Shown here: positions 1 to 12,479 of the stretch, in pieces
Position numbering within the stretch: the stretch's first letter is position 1
Layout: each line of letters opens with the position of its first letter
NCBI RefSeq assembly: GCF_036321535.1
Contig: NC_087437.1
Span: 106,890,001 to 106,954,000, forward strand
DNA length: 64,000 nucleotides
Direction: 5' to 3'
Source of the DNA: Camelus dromedarius
Taxonomy: Eukaryota
Position numbers and translations under genes: made by a program
Notes under the pieces: model-generated
Databases searched by the model: none
What the model was told of the DNA's origin: nothing
What the model saw: only the letters and a program-made list of their open reading frames with translations

Positions 1-329
1 TCTAAAATTATTTGCAAAGTTGTGCACTGATATGAATCTGTTAGATGGTCCAACAGTTTTGATCACAATCTCAAAGGCACCTGTGCTGGCACTCTCCCTC
101 AGAAAAAGAACTCAAGGAACACTGACTTAGAAAAATACACTAACAGTATTTTTAAAAAGTTATTGATATATCAAGAGAACACTCTCTCAATTTATGAACA
201 ATTGGATTCCTCAAAAAATTTAGTTGTGTTTTGATCAAAATGGACCTTTTGCTTTCACATCTTGATTTTCTAGAGAAAATATTTTATTTTACTTGTTACA
301 ATTTTTATAGTGGATTAGACCTTAATTTA

Positions 330-853
330 TCTCAGCCAACATTTTTGAGTATCGACTATACACTGAGGGATATAATGATGAAAAAAGATGAAAATGACCA
401 GGTTCCTGCCCATGAGAATCTCATAGTTCCTCTGCAGAGATGAAGACACAGCTAATGATCATATACTGTGAAAAACACCATTAGGGAAGTGAATTCAAGG
501 GCAGTGTTATCCCTAGTTTATATCAATACTGTATTCTGCCAGGGGTTGTTGGGGCTGGAAAGATGAGTAAATTTTTCCAGGCACAGGAGGAAAGCTAGAC
601 TCTTCTGGACACAAAGAACAACAGTAATGAAGGTATGGATGTTCAGTTTAGTGGGAACACAGGCTTGGAGGGGGCTTGCCTGAGGGGAATTCTGGGAAGG
701 GGAGGCCAGACTGCAAAGAGCTTGGGACCATCCAAAGTGTCTACATTATGTATATAACGTGATGAGGAAGTATTGAAAGGGTAAGAAAAAAGAGAGGTAT
801 AATCTGGATTATTTTAGAAATCTAACTTTGGTGGATAAGATGAAGACAGATTA
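330..853 (-). mobile_element. L2 fragment
   Basis: Degenerate reverse L2 3'-region motifs (caacatttttgagt..., gttcctgcccatgagaatctcatagt). Confidence 0.5.
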
Positions 854-869
854 AAAATAGGAAACTGCT

Positions 870-1317
870 TAGCCAAGATATAGAAGCTACCTAAATGTCC
901 ACCAACAGATTAATGAATAAAGAGGATGCAGTATATGTACACACAATGGAATATTACTCAGCCATAAAAAAAGAATGAAATATTGCCATTTGCAGCAACA
1001 TGGATATATGTGGAATCTAAAAAAAAATACAAATCAACTTATTTACAAAACAGACTCACAGACCTAGAAAACAAACTTATAGGTTACCAGAGAAGAAAGG
1101 ACAGGGGAAAGGATAAATTGGGAGTATGGGATTAATAGATACACACCACTATATGTAAAATAGATAAACAACAAGGATTTACTATATAGCACATGAAATT
1201 ATACTCAGTATCATGTAATAATTTATAATGGAAAGAATCTGAAGCTGAACACCTGAAAGGAATGCAATATTGTAAATCAATTATAGTTTTATAAACAAAA
1301 GAAAAATTAAAAAAAAG
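870..1317 (+). mobile_element. 5'-truncated L1 3' end with A-rich tail and TSD
   Basis: cacaatggaatattactcagccataaaaaaagaatgaaa...; TSD AAAATAGGAAACTGCT (854-869) / AAAATAGGAAGCTGTT (1318-1333). Confidence 0.9.
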
Positions 1318-1479
1318 AAAATAGGAAGCTGTTGATAAAAAGGTAATTTGTTGAATTAATAAATGAATACAGTTGCTTTTGCCTCTCTTTCAGAAGTCCA
1401 GAAAACTTGCACTCTAGAAGTTTTCTTTTTCTAACTTCTGCCAAACTATTACTATTGTTTCTACCTACAACACACATTT

Positions 1480-2150
1480 GGAATCTGTCCTCTTTATTCC
1501 CATGCCATTATCTGAGGAGAAGCCCCCACCTTCTCTCTCCTACTTCCCTGAGATAGCTCCAAAGTCTAGTCTCTGCTTTCCCTCTTGGCCCCTCACAATT
1601 TTCCACATGGCAGCCAATGACCTTTTAAAATAAAATACAAATCAAATCATTTCATCCCCTCATTTAAAACTCCCACTTCACTTAGGAGTCACATCCAAAC
1701 TTCTGACTGTGGTCTGCCAGGTGCTGTGTGATCGGGTCCATGTCAACATACTCTGCATCTGCTCCTTGTTCCCTAGTACCCCTGGGCTCAGTCGCCATGC
1801 TCCAGCCACACCAGGAGTCTTCCTATTCCTGGACCACTCCAAATTCTTTTCTGTCTGAATCCACTCCCTGGAATACTCTTCTCCTTCACCACTGCATGGC
1901 TGACTTTTCAGGTTCCAGTCCAAATGTCACCTTATCAGAGAAGCCTTGCTGACCCCTCATTCTAAGGCAACTGCCAATCGCATCACAGCATTCTGCCTTT
2001 AATAAGTTTTTTTGTGTATTCATTTGCATGTTTAATATTTCTACCCTTCTCCCTCTGTTCCCTCTATCCATGCATGCTAATGATCTTTATGTTTCATAAC
2101 AACCAGGGAATCTTGAATGGATTGTTCCCTGCTGTTTCTGGCAGAGTGTC
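1480..2150 (+). mobile_element. L2 fragment
   Basis: Typical L2 motifs (cacatggcagcc...aaatcaaatcat...tttaaaactccc; aaatgtcaccttatcagagaagcctt). Confidence 0.65.
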
Positions 2151-2155
2151 TAGCG

Positions 2156-2345
2156 TGATGCTCTCCAATCCAGTAACTACCAGCTACCTGTGATTGTTTA
2201 AAATTTAGTTAAAAATAATTAAAATTAAACACAATTAAAATTCAGTCCCTCAGTGGCAATGGTGACCTTTCAAGTGCTCAAGGGCCACATGTGGTTATCC
2301 CATTTGACAGAGCAGATACAGAACATTTCCACCATTGCAAAAAGA
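2156..2345. mobile_element. MER3-like hAT-Charlie element
   Basis: tttcaagtgctcaagggccacatgtgg...cagatacagaacatttccaccattgca matches recalled MER3. Confidence 0.7.
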
Positions 2346-2540
2346 GCTAGTAAATATTTGGGGAATGAACAAATTGTTGAATGGCAAATGCAAAGTACTA
2401 CCACCTCCTCAACTTCACTTCATTGTAAGTGGTTATTTCACAAAAACTATTCAAAACCCTGTATCTTAAATAAGAAAAAGAAAGAAAGAAAAATTCTTTA
2501 AAAGTCTAGTATAGTTACATTTAATACATGAATAGTCAAC

Positions 2541-2918
2541 AGTTAGGAACTGAATGCTTATGCTCCCCTCAAATTCATATGTTGAAGCCCTAACCCCCAA
2601 TGTGATGATATTTAGAGGAAGGGCCTTTGGGAAGTAGTTAGGTTTAGATGAGGTCATGAGGGTGGGGTCTCCATGATGGAATTAGTGTCCCTATAAAAAA
2701 AGGAAGAGACACTAGTGTTTCCTCTCTCTCTCTCATGTGAGGATATAGTCAGAAGATAGTCCCCTGCAAGACAGGAAGGGAGTCCTCACCAAGAACTGAA
2801 TCTGCCAGCACCTTGATCTTGGAACTTCCCAACCTCCAGAACTGTGAGAAACAATGTTTGTTGTTTAAGTGATCCGGGCTCTGATACTTTGTCATTGATG
2901 CTCAAGCTGATTAAGACA
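2541..2918 (+). mobile_element. MLT1A-type MaLR solo LTR
   Basis: aaattcatatgttgaagccctaacccccaatgtg...cttcccaacctccagaactgtgaga...taagaca. Confidence 0.85.
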
Positions 2919-3614
2919 CCAACACACACTTTTTTTTTTTTTTTTTACCAACATTCATTGCTTTAGTTAGCAGGACTCTAAAAGCAGTGATTATTGGCAA
3001 AAACTCTGTGTGATGTCGTCTTAGTTCTAAGGTCCAGATTTGACAGTAAGACAAATAAATGTGCACATATCTGTATTCCATTTGGAGGTTAGTGGTTGCC
3101 TATACTTGCTACATTTGAACATTTCATATATTGAGGGTTATTTTGTGGTTTGGGGATTCTTAGAGCTCAAACAATGTTTATATCTGTATATCGTCCATTT
3201 GCAATTCTTATTCTTTAGCCATTTTGTCTCTTGTAAAAATCCAGCAGTTGGATTAAATGAAAAAAACAAAAACAAAAACAAAACAAAACCCAACCTAAAC
3301 ATCTCTGTCCTTTAAATATGTGCGTTAGTTGATTTACCTTTATTGTGATTGATTATGATAATTTTGGACCTTTCTACTTCATTATTATGTATGTTTGTGT
3401 TTATAACCATGGTTCCCCCTAGCATTTTTCCTCTTCTTTTTATCTTCTATTACATTGGTTAAATTGATTCAATTTATCACCATTTTCTTGGAGCTAGTTC
3501 AGAAATAATACATTTTATGTTTATTCTTTCAGTGAGTTTAACATGCAGAACTAGCATAAGTGAGTCTGAAGTTAATTCGTGTCTCCATCCACTTTCCAAA
3601 CAGTACAGAGATTA

Positions 3615-3965
3615 TATCAGGAGACAGAGACCACACAGTACTTTTAAACAGGGCAAGTTTATATATGAAGAATTATTAAATTTGATAAAATAATAACTCT
3701 AAATGTATAAAAATTCTATATGGTATACTACAGCTAAGGGAGGGTACCCAAGAAGCACAGACTAGGAAGGTTTCACTTGCTGGAGGTGTGGTTCAGCCCC
3801 TGGATAGCAGAGAAGTTTGCAATTTGGCCAGAGGTGGTCTGCAGTCCCCGGGCAATGAGGAGGCCACCTCTGGAGAGCAGGCGGGGCCAGATGATTGGAA
3901 ACCAGGGGCCGGGCCTGTACAGCAAGTGGGAATTCTACAGGTGCTCAGTTGTTCTGAGCCCTACA
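3615..3965. mobile_element. Probable old LTR fragment, family uncertain
   Basis: caggagacagagaccacac...gaagaattattaa resembles an ERVL-class LTR end. Confidence 0.35.
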
Positions 3966-5964
3966 ACAACTTTTAAATTAAAAAAAAATTTTTAAATGTT
4001 ATTTTAATATAGATGCGGGCTACTTGAGTGAGTTTATACCACTGTGTTAAATGGAAGCTTTTCTTTCTTTCTTTCTTTCTTTCTTTTTTGGGAAGAGATC
4101 CATTTATTTATAAAAGGCATTCTAGGCTATCTGACCCCCATGAACCTCTATAATCATTGCCTACAGTTTAAAACCATTTTACTCTGCTAACTTTGTAGGA
4201 TTTTTTTTTTTTTTTTGGTTGCTGACAGTTACCAATAGGCAGTTCTTAATTTACTGATAAATTGTTTTGAAAAGTTACATTTTAAACCTCTTTTTGTAAT
4301 ACAGAAGTTACTTTCATGTTGAGATGGTGACAGCCATTTTTAATTATAATTTATTTGATGACTATGATAATTCCAGCTGTACTTAAAGTAATTTATAAGT
4401 GTTTTAAATGAAAAAGCAAATTCCGTTTCCAACTTCAGGATTCCATGAACACCCATTCCATCTTGGTATCCTAGTATAATGTTCAGAAAACTAAGTTCTC
4501 GTCTCAGATCAGCAATCTAGCCAGTTTTCCTATTTCCTTTCTCCAGAGGTCAAAATACTACCAAAATAAGTAGTCCTGTCAATAAACTGGGCTTAGAATT
4601 TGGAATTATTAACCAGATTTCTAAAATATTGTAACTTTCTATTTTGTTTTGTTTTTGCAGGCATGAAGTTGTGTAAACTCAGCAGATTTTAATTATGTAA
4701 AATAATCCAACTTACATAACCAAATAAAGTCAAATCACTTTTATTTTTTTCTCAATGAAGGTTGTATAAACTTCTAAGTTTAGAAAGCCAACTGGAAAAG
4801 AAGATCTAATAAGAAGCTTTTTATATTCTCCCTAAATTTAGGAATTTTTCATCCTATAACAATTACTGGTTGTTGAATAGATCTGTTTTCATCATCAAGT
4901 AAAAATGGCCCACGTTGGGATGAATATGCCCGGTTTGATCGCTGCTTCTGTACATTTCTTTTAGTTTGCATGAATCTGGCCAGATGAATCATATACAAAG
5001 AAAGCTCAGCTCCTCCAGAACACTGCTATTTTACAAAGAGTTCTGCTGCCAAATTCAAAGCTAAATTCAGGTTTGAGGTATCGGAATCTTTTATAGGTCT
5101 CAGGAGAATATTTTGTTCAAATAATATAATAGCTCAGTGATCAGAAGTTCTGTTCACTTGTTAGGTCTCCAGAAATATGATATTCTACAAAGTCAGGGGT
5201 AATGAAGGTTAAGGCATTAATATTACCTTTTTTTGTTTTGAAAAAAAAAAGAAAAAGCTCAAATAAAGGAGTGAACAGTTTTATAAAAACAGCATATAGA
5301 AAGTTTAAGAAATAAATTCTAGCAATTCTATAAAGAAAAGGTAGAGGAAAAAAATCAGCAACACTTAAAATGGGTAAAAATTCAGAAATACTCTGGAAGA
5401 AATCTGGTCAACTGATGATCAAAAAGAAACAAATATCCCTGAGGAAACAGAAATACTTTATGCCCAAATACTCTCATTTTGATTAATAGTTAAATTTCTG
5501 CTTTTAGAGCAGAAAGTTGACATTGAAAAGCCTTTGGTTTCTTTTTAGACGTTCCTGCTAAACACGATCTTCCAGAAATTTGTTGAGGCAACTTTGGAAA
5601 GATCTTAAAATGAGGGGAAAAAAAATGAAAGTAAAATCAAAGATTCAGTTCAATCTATTGGGGTGGTACCATTATTTATGTACTCAGAGAGAAACAATGT
5701 CCTGATTGGAAATCAGTTTGACCTACTGTTACTGAGGATGCCTGATCACTGATGATTTGCGGCCATCGAAGGAGAAAATGTGCGAGAAGAAAGAACATTC
5801 AAATAAACCTCTTATGAGCCTTTTCAACAAAGGCTTTTCTAGGGCAGGAGGCTAACACTATAACGTTTTGCTGATTTAGTATCTAGTTCACATACGTCTC
5901 GTCCATTATTAACAGCAAACAAGGGGGCGTAGGTGAAATTAACATAACCATTGAGTCCCTCTCA

Positions 5965-6100
5965 ATGACACTTTACATATATTATTTCTCACAACAATCC
6001 ACTAGTCGTATATTGTCATTGCCACTTTACCTGAAGTAAGGCTCAGAGGGGTTTACTAACTTGCCTTAGGTCGCTTAGTTAGTAAGTGGCAGAGGTGGCA
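5965..6100 (-). mobile_element. MIR
   Basis: MIR core: aggctcagaggggtttactaacttgcc...gttagtaagtggcagag. Confidence 0.7.
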
Positions 6101-7181
6101 ATATTATTTCTTTTTCTTTTTTTTGGCAACTTGAATAGAAGTTTGCTTTAGTTCAAAGCTCATCATGTGCCCATCACATCAGATTTTCTCATATATCTTC
6201 CCTTTGCATATGTTTAAAAAGATTGCGTATGTAGAGAGTTTTATGAAATAGCTGAGTTTCTGATAAACTGGATATAAACGACCTTATAAAGACTGAACCA
6301 TCTATTAGCATATCTATATGTTAAATGCATATATTTTAAATACAAATGATCACTCTTGACTTTGCCTAAGATAGACTAAATCTGAACAAAAAATGGTTTT
6401 GCTGGAGCAGCCGCAGCTGTTAGCATGACTTGGGAATAAGGGCACACAACTGCAGCATTGGAGGCTGGATCATGAAGGCACAGGGAAACCAAGAAATAAA
6501 ATCATCAGTCTCTATTTCACTTAATTTAAAATTCTCAGCTGCTGGTAGTGTTGTTGTGGACAGAGGTCACTGTGGTTCAGTGTTACTGGATTTTATCTTT
6601 TTAAGCACTTAAGTCTGTTTGCTAGAAAGATTGAGGGGCAGAGGTGTATCTGGAGCAGCTAAGGAGTTGGCCCTTAGTGTCTGGTAATCAATGAAGGAAA
6701 CAAAGGATCTTCAAAAGCTCTTCCTGGACAATTTTATGTTATCGCACCCAACCCATCTCTCGGACAGTGATGAACTGTGCAGCAACTCTAATGTCTCTCA
6801 ACAGGAACGCCGACTTGTTGGTCCTGGTAAGCAACTCCACAACTGTGGTCCATAAGTGAACAGTTCTCCCACTGGAGACTAGAGCAAACCCAAGCCCTAG
6901 GATTTGGGGTGCACTGGGAAGCCGAGATGTCTCTGCCGGTTTGCCTGAATTTGTGTGTTAGGAAAGTCAGTGGAGTTGAAAAACTGCTTATAGAATCCAA
7001 GCTGCTCACCAGCAGCCTGTATGATTGTTTCACCGTGATAAAATTATGTTTTCTTAATGGAGGAATTTTGCTGGGATCTGAAAGTTGCGTATCCTGTTAT
7101 TTTGGCCACATTACAGGCAGCACATTCATCACAAAACATTGCTGTGCTGTGGCTATTACCATTGTTGCTGGTGGTGGTGGG

Positions 7182-7207
7182 GTGTGTGTGTGTGTGTGTG
7201 TGTGTGT
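7182..7207. repeat. (GT)n microsatellite
   Basis: Seen directly. Confidence 0.95.
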
Positions 7208-7798
7208 CTTTTGTCTTCAATGCTTGATGTTGGTTCTGAGAGTTGAAAAGACTTGTAAAAATGAGCAGCAAATACTAGTTGATATAACACAGTCGGCCAA
7301 GACCACGTATTCCCTCACGGCAAAAGGCCTACCAGCTTTTGTTCAGAATTTAGGACTCAGATGTATTTGCTCTAAGACTGATTCAAACGATACAAAATTC
7401 AGGATGAAGTTCTAATTGCACCACTCACACGGAGCCCCCAGCATGTGTGGCGTGCCCTTGACCGGTTTCCTGGCACTCTGTCAGCACTTACTTCAAATCA
7501 GTTTAAGCAATTTGTCAAGCAGAACCTCAAAATAATAACCTTGGGAGAAAACTCAGTCAATATTTCACTAATATCACGATGATGTATTGTCACCTGCCTG
7601 TTTATATGTCTGGTTTCTCCACTATAGCTCTTTCAAGGCAGAAGGGACTTCTTATTTCTTTGTATTCTTGGGAACTAGCAGGGCTCCTTGACGTAATAAG
7701 GGCTTCATAAAGGGTTGATGTGAAATGAGTGCATCAATGACTCTCACTTCTCAGCCTTGGCCTCAGCAGCCATATCTCGAGTCTCTACTGGGTGTCCC

Positions 7799-8231
7799 TG
7801 TGCTAGATTTTACCCCCTTGTCCCTCTGACTCACCTTCCACCCTTCTCCATCTTGCTCAGTAATCAGGAAGGTTGATCCATAACTGCTGCTTTGGGTTCA
7901 GCCAATGGGAGCCTGATACGGGGGACTGGAGGCCGAGAGGAGGGTAAGGATGAGACCCTCCCCAGTCAGTTGCTGCCAGGGGCTGCCTTCCATGGACACC
8001 CCACATTTCTGGTGGGCCCCACTCTCTCTGGGTTTTGGTAACTGCTCCCTCCCCTCATTCCTTTCAGGTTAGAGATGGTAAAAGCTCTCTGCTGTTGACA
8101 GTCCATAATACTGCACCATCTCTTCTTGGTTCCTCCAGTCCCTGTCTGCACCTTTATCCAAAGTCCTTTTATGAGATTCTGCAATTTCCAGTTTGAGTAT
8201 GCTGTTTCCTTGTGGGAACCTGTCAGTTACC
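7799..8231 (+). mobile_element. LTR33-like ERVL solo LTR
   Basis: ccacccttctccatcttgctc...gggttcagccaatgggag...tgtttccttgtgggaacctg. Confidence 0.7.
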
Positions 8232-9899
8232 AGCCGCTTGCCTACGTCTCATGGGATTAATTTTACTCCACGCACTTGCAAAGAAAAGAAGACTATTCCC
8301 ATTTTACAGAATAGCTGTGACAGAAACACATCCTGCCTGGAACTTTTATTATTTCCATCTGTTCACTTTGTTTCCCATAAGCCAGTGGAAAATTGTCTAC
8401 TGACAATGCAACTCCTGAGGTGTGGGCCCTGCCAGTGCAGGGTGGCACCGAGACAGCCCGGCCCAGAGTGTCTGTGTTGGACAGAAAAATAGAACAGCTA
8501 AAGGGAGCTCTTTGCTGAGTGAGGGCAAAAAGGCAGAGGAGGGAAGCTATGAAAGGAGAAATGGAGGAAGCTCAGCTTAGAATAATTGTGCTATTATAAA
8601 GAACGGTACTTTCAAGTGTTGCTCGTTCTGTTATTTTGGATGGAGGAGGGCAGACTTAGGAACCTTTCACCAGTACCTCTCCCAATGGCTGTGCGGTGAA
8701 GTCGGTGAGTTCCCAACCAGGCTTTATTACAATTCTGTCTAGAATCCAGGGGGCACCCCCATTTCATTTGTTTTACAGACAGTGTCTGCCTTGTGAGGGT
8801 TCTTTTCCTCACACATGCTGCCCGGCTGAGTCAGCAGCCCCTCTCGGATCCCACCCTCCAAGGAAGGTCTGCCTTAGTTTCTCTCCAACAGGCTCAGGAG
8901 TCGAACGAACCCTAAGGCACCTCCACTGGAGGCTGTTTCTAATCTGCCCATCCAAGAGAGCACCAGCGAGCCTGCGTGACTCCTTTGCCACGTAAGCCTT
9001 AAGTTGCCAGAGAAACATGGGAAAAAAAATAAAAAAAGCAGATGTGATACATTCTTGAAAGCCCTACAGCTATTGAACCCTGCTTTTCTATACGATGATT
9101 TATTATGCTTTTAACAAATGGGTGTATATAGAGTCTTTGGGAATTCAGAAAGCGTGTACATTATCAAAGGAAGGCAATGCCAAATTATAACATTTCGAAA
9201 TCGGGTATGGCAGGAACTGAAGACTTTTTTGAGAAGGTGTAAGTCACCTTAGTCCATTTTAAACACCATTTGCTCCACACTTCAGAGGTTTCCATTTTAG
9301 AAAAACGTGGCAGGAGTCACTCTAATGTGACGATAAAGGGCCTGGAGCCTTGCTTTTAAAATTCAACACTTGGGTAGAAAGAAAATGATAACTTTTTCCC
9401 TTTGATTTTCAGTCACTATTTTTACAATGCCAATGGCCCTGAGACACCAGAATGGAAATGGAGCTGCTCCTTGATGTCACCGGGGCACCTGCTAAATTGC
9501 AGGCCTTGAAATCATTCTGTTCTCATCGGTGCCTTGATCTTTATTTCTGGGGCCCAGACAGAGATGCTGCACTCATGAAGTCCAGCAAAAGGAGCCAAGA
9601 GTTTGTGACTGTAGACACAGTGGGGGAAACTCACGAGTGCAGGAGCAGAAAGCCCAGGGACCTCACGTGGCATCGGGGTTTAGGAAAGTGTTCCTGGGAG
9701 ATGCTGTTGGAGGGGACTGGGGTGGAGGAACACAAGTTAATTAACTGAAGAGGACAGGAGAAGGTCTAGGGAGAGTTTATCGGATAGAAAGAACGGCATA
9801 TGCAGGGACTCGGAGACTATGTGGAGCTGAAACCGGGTGTGGGCGTGTGCAGCGTTTGACTTAAAACCTCTGGATTCCAGGTAACTTATGCAGAAGATC

Positions 9900-10380
9900 A
9901 AGACTGAGCTATTAAAGGGTCCAGCTCAGCTTCCTCTGTTCTGTTCTTCTGTGCGGCACTCCCCTCTGGTTCACAGCCCAGCTCACTCACAGTGCTGATG
10001 CAGGGAGGTAGATGGTAGAGATTCTAGTTTATACTGAATACAAACATCCTCAAGCTCTCAGTGCTTGGACCACGCAAAGCTTATCTAGCACGCAAGCTTT
10101 GTAGCCAACGTGGGGTTGGCAAGAAGGGATTTTTGTCCTGTATAGGCACTCGGTGACCCAGACTGGCAGAGCTTTCATCGAGACAGAGAGAAGAGCACGT
10201 GCCGAATAGCAAACTAGCTCTGGAAGCTTCTCTCCAGAAGGGTGGCACACATGTCACTGGCCAAAGCAGGTCACAGGGCAATGCTCAACTTCAAACTACA
10301 GCAGAGGGAGCTGCCTACTGTCACGAGGCTGGTCAGTAGAAAACTCGAAATTGTGGAGAGCAGCAGAAGGGACCACTACA
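9900..10380 (-). mobile_element. Old MLT1 (J/K-type) MaLR LTR
   Basis: cacatgtcactggccaaagcaggtcacagggcaatgctcaacttcaa motif. Confidence 0.5.
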
Positions 10381-10619
10381 GAGATGTATCTTCATTTCAT
10401 CAGATGCTGCAGTCTACGGAAAGAGCAAACTACTGGGGCACCCCCCCACAACCAACGCATTTTCTCACCTGCTACTGAACAGGTGGATGGGCGTAGGTGG
10501 GGGCACGGTGGTAGAGTGACAGTGTGCAGAAGTGGAGGTCGGGGGGGGGGTTTACCGAGCAGTTCAGGGTTTCCTAAGTGGAGAACAGGTAGAGTGGATA
10601 ACATAACATTTTTATCTCT

Positions 10620-12170
10620 TTGACTTTTCCCTCTGCTTCCTTGAAGGAGGAATACAGAAATGTTGTGCTTCTCATCATTTTCTGCACATCTGCTGAGCTT
10701 TTTATTGAAGTTCTCTTCAGCGAATTTCTGACAGCTCCTTTGTGTTCTTTGTTCCTTTGCATGTAGTGTCCTGGCCTTGTTTTATGAATACAATACAATC
10801 TCTTATGTCTCTTCGAGTATTAATTATATTTCTTTCATGCATTTATTTTCTCACCACTTTGTTTCTCTCCCCTCTTTGTTTCCGATTTGATTCTATTTTG
10901 TTTTATTCTGTCTCTGCCTTTCATGGTAGAAGTGTCCTCAAATGTCTGGTCTTCCTTAGCTGTCAAATCATTACAAGTGAGGCCACAAAACCCCCTATTC
11001 AGAAGGATGAGTGTGGCTTATCAATTTTTGAGTCTCATTGCAGAGTTGCTACCATGCAATCATTCCCTTGGTTAGGGGAAATCTCCAAAGGCCTGTATCC
11101 ACAGTTTACAGGTTCTTAACTTTTTTTTGTGCCACAGCAACCTGGTGAAGCCCATTTCAGATTGATATTTTTAAATGCATGAAATCGACTATACCAAAAT
11201 ACTAAAAATTAAATATATGATACAGATTATATGTGCTGCTTTATTAATACATCATGTAATAAGCTTTAGAACTGCGTCTAATAACTGTTGAAATAATTAT
11301 GAGTGTAAATACTCCTTCAAGGTATGTGCGATGAGTAGTGTGATAAGAAAATAGTTTTGATTCCTCTTGGTGACAAGTCCCAGGTGCTGCTAATACCACA
11401 ATGGTTTCTTGCCCACATTCAGAAATGACAAAAATGCTAACTTTCAGAGGTTATTGAAAACAACAAATATGAATTACCTTTTTCATCAATGTTTATAGAA
11501 CTCCTGGTTAAAAAAAAATCCCTCCTGTAGGTCTTTACTTTTGGGTGGATCAATTTTGTGCCAGAAGGCAGTTCACCAATCTCCGACCTTAAGTATGTAA
11601 GCCTGGTTAAGGTCTTTCAGGAGCCAGGGAGGGAACAAAGCTCTCTGCAGTGGGAAGATTTTCCCACAATCCATCGGATTTTAGCAGTAACTCACCCTCC
11701 AATCTCAATTATACTTGCTGTCTCCAAATCCAGAGGCTGTAGATACAAACTTCTCCAAAAATCAACCCCAGATTTTCAATGAAGCAGAGTGGAGAGGGTC
11801 TACCTTCTCTTTGAAAGCCGTTCAGCCCACACGCCAGTTTTCAGTCTCTTCTTTTTGCACACCTGCCTTTCAAGCACCAGTTGTCTCCAGAAATCCCCGA
11901 GGATTTCTGTAGTTTTATGTGGAAATGACAGCTTTTAGTTTTTTGCCTCAACAGACGCATGTTATTGCATTCTCTAGTCTAAAGCAGTTACCAGTGGTTA
12001 GATGAGTTCCCAGATTTCAAAATGTTACTTTTGTTGTCTGCTGTCTTCTTTTTGTCCTTGTGAGGTTGTTTTTTTTTTTACTCGAGTTTTTTAATGTCAT
12101 TGTTTTGTATGGCTTCAGGAGGAAATAAAGGTAGATATTTACATTCAGTGCTGTTTAATCAGAAGCTTTG
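10620..12170 (-). mobile_element. Old L1 fragment interrupted by MER119
   Basis: T-rich, degenerate antisense L1 5'/ORF1-like sequence on both sides of the MER119. Confidence 0.4.
11109..11525. mobile_element. MER119 hAT-Charlie element
   Basis: caggttcttaactttttttgtgcca...ttggtgacaagtcccaggtgctgctaataccac matches recalled MER119. Confidence 0.75.
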
Positions 12171-12479
12171 ATGCATTCACAAATAGCATTTTATTATGTC
12201 TGGGATTCACTTTTTTTTTTTTTTTGGTCTCATAATCATTTCTCTCCTTTCTGATCTAATATAAAAGTAAGTGAGAAAACAAGGTTGATGTGCAATGCCA
12301 TTTTAAGGAAGACATCCTTTTTGTGTTTTAAGGAAATCGTTTTCTGAAAGAACTTTTCTTAAACTCTCCCTAGATGCTGTTAGCCTCTCTGTTTAGGACG
12401 CTAGACTATGAGCTCCTTACAGGCAGTAACCAGGGATGAGGCAGTTTCCTCTCCTAGTAGAGAGGTAGAAGTGGAGTCT

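Noticed and set aside
6909..7415. 168-aa ORF
   Set aside because: GTG start, runs through a (GT)n microsatellite (VCVCVC), no recognisable homology; compatible with chance.
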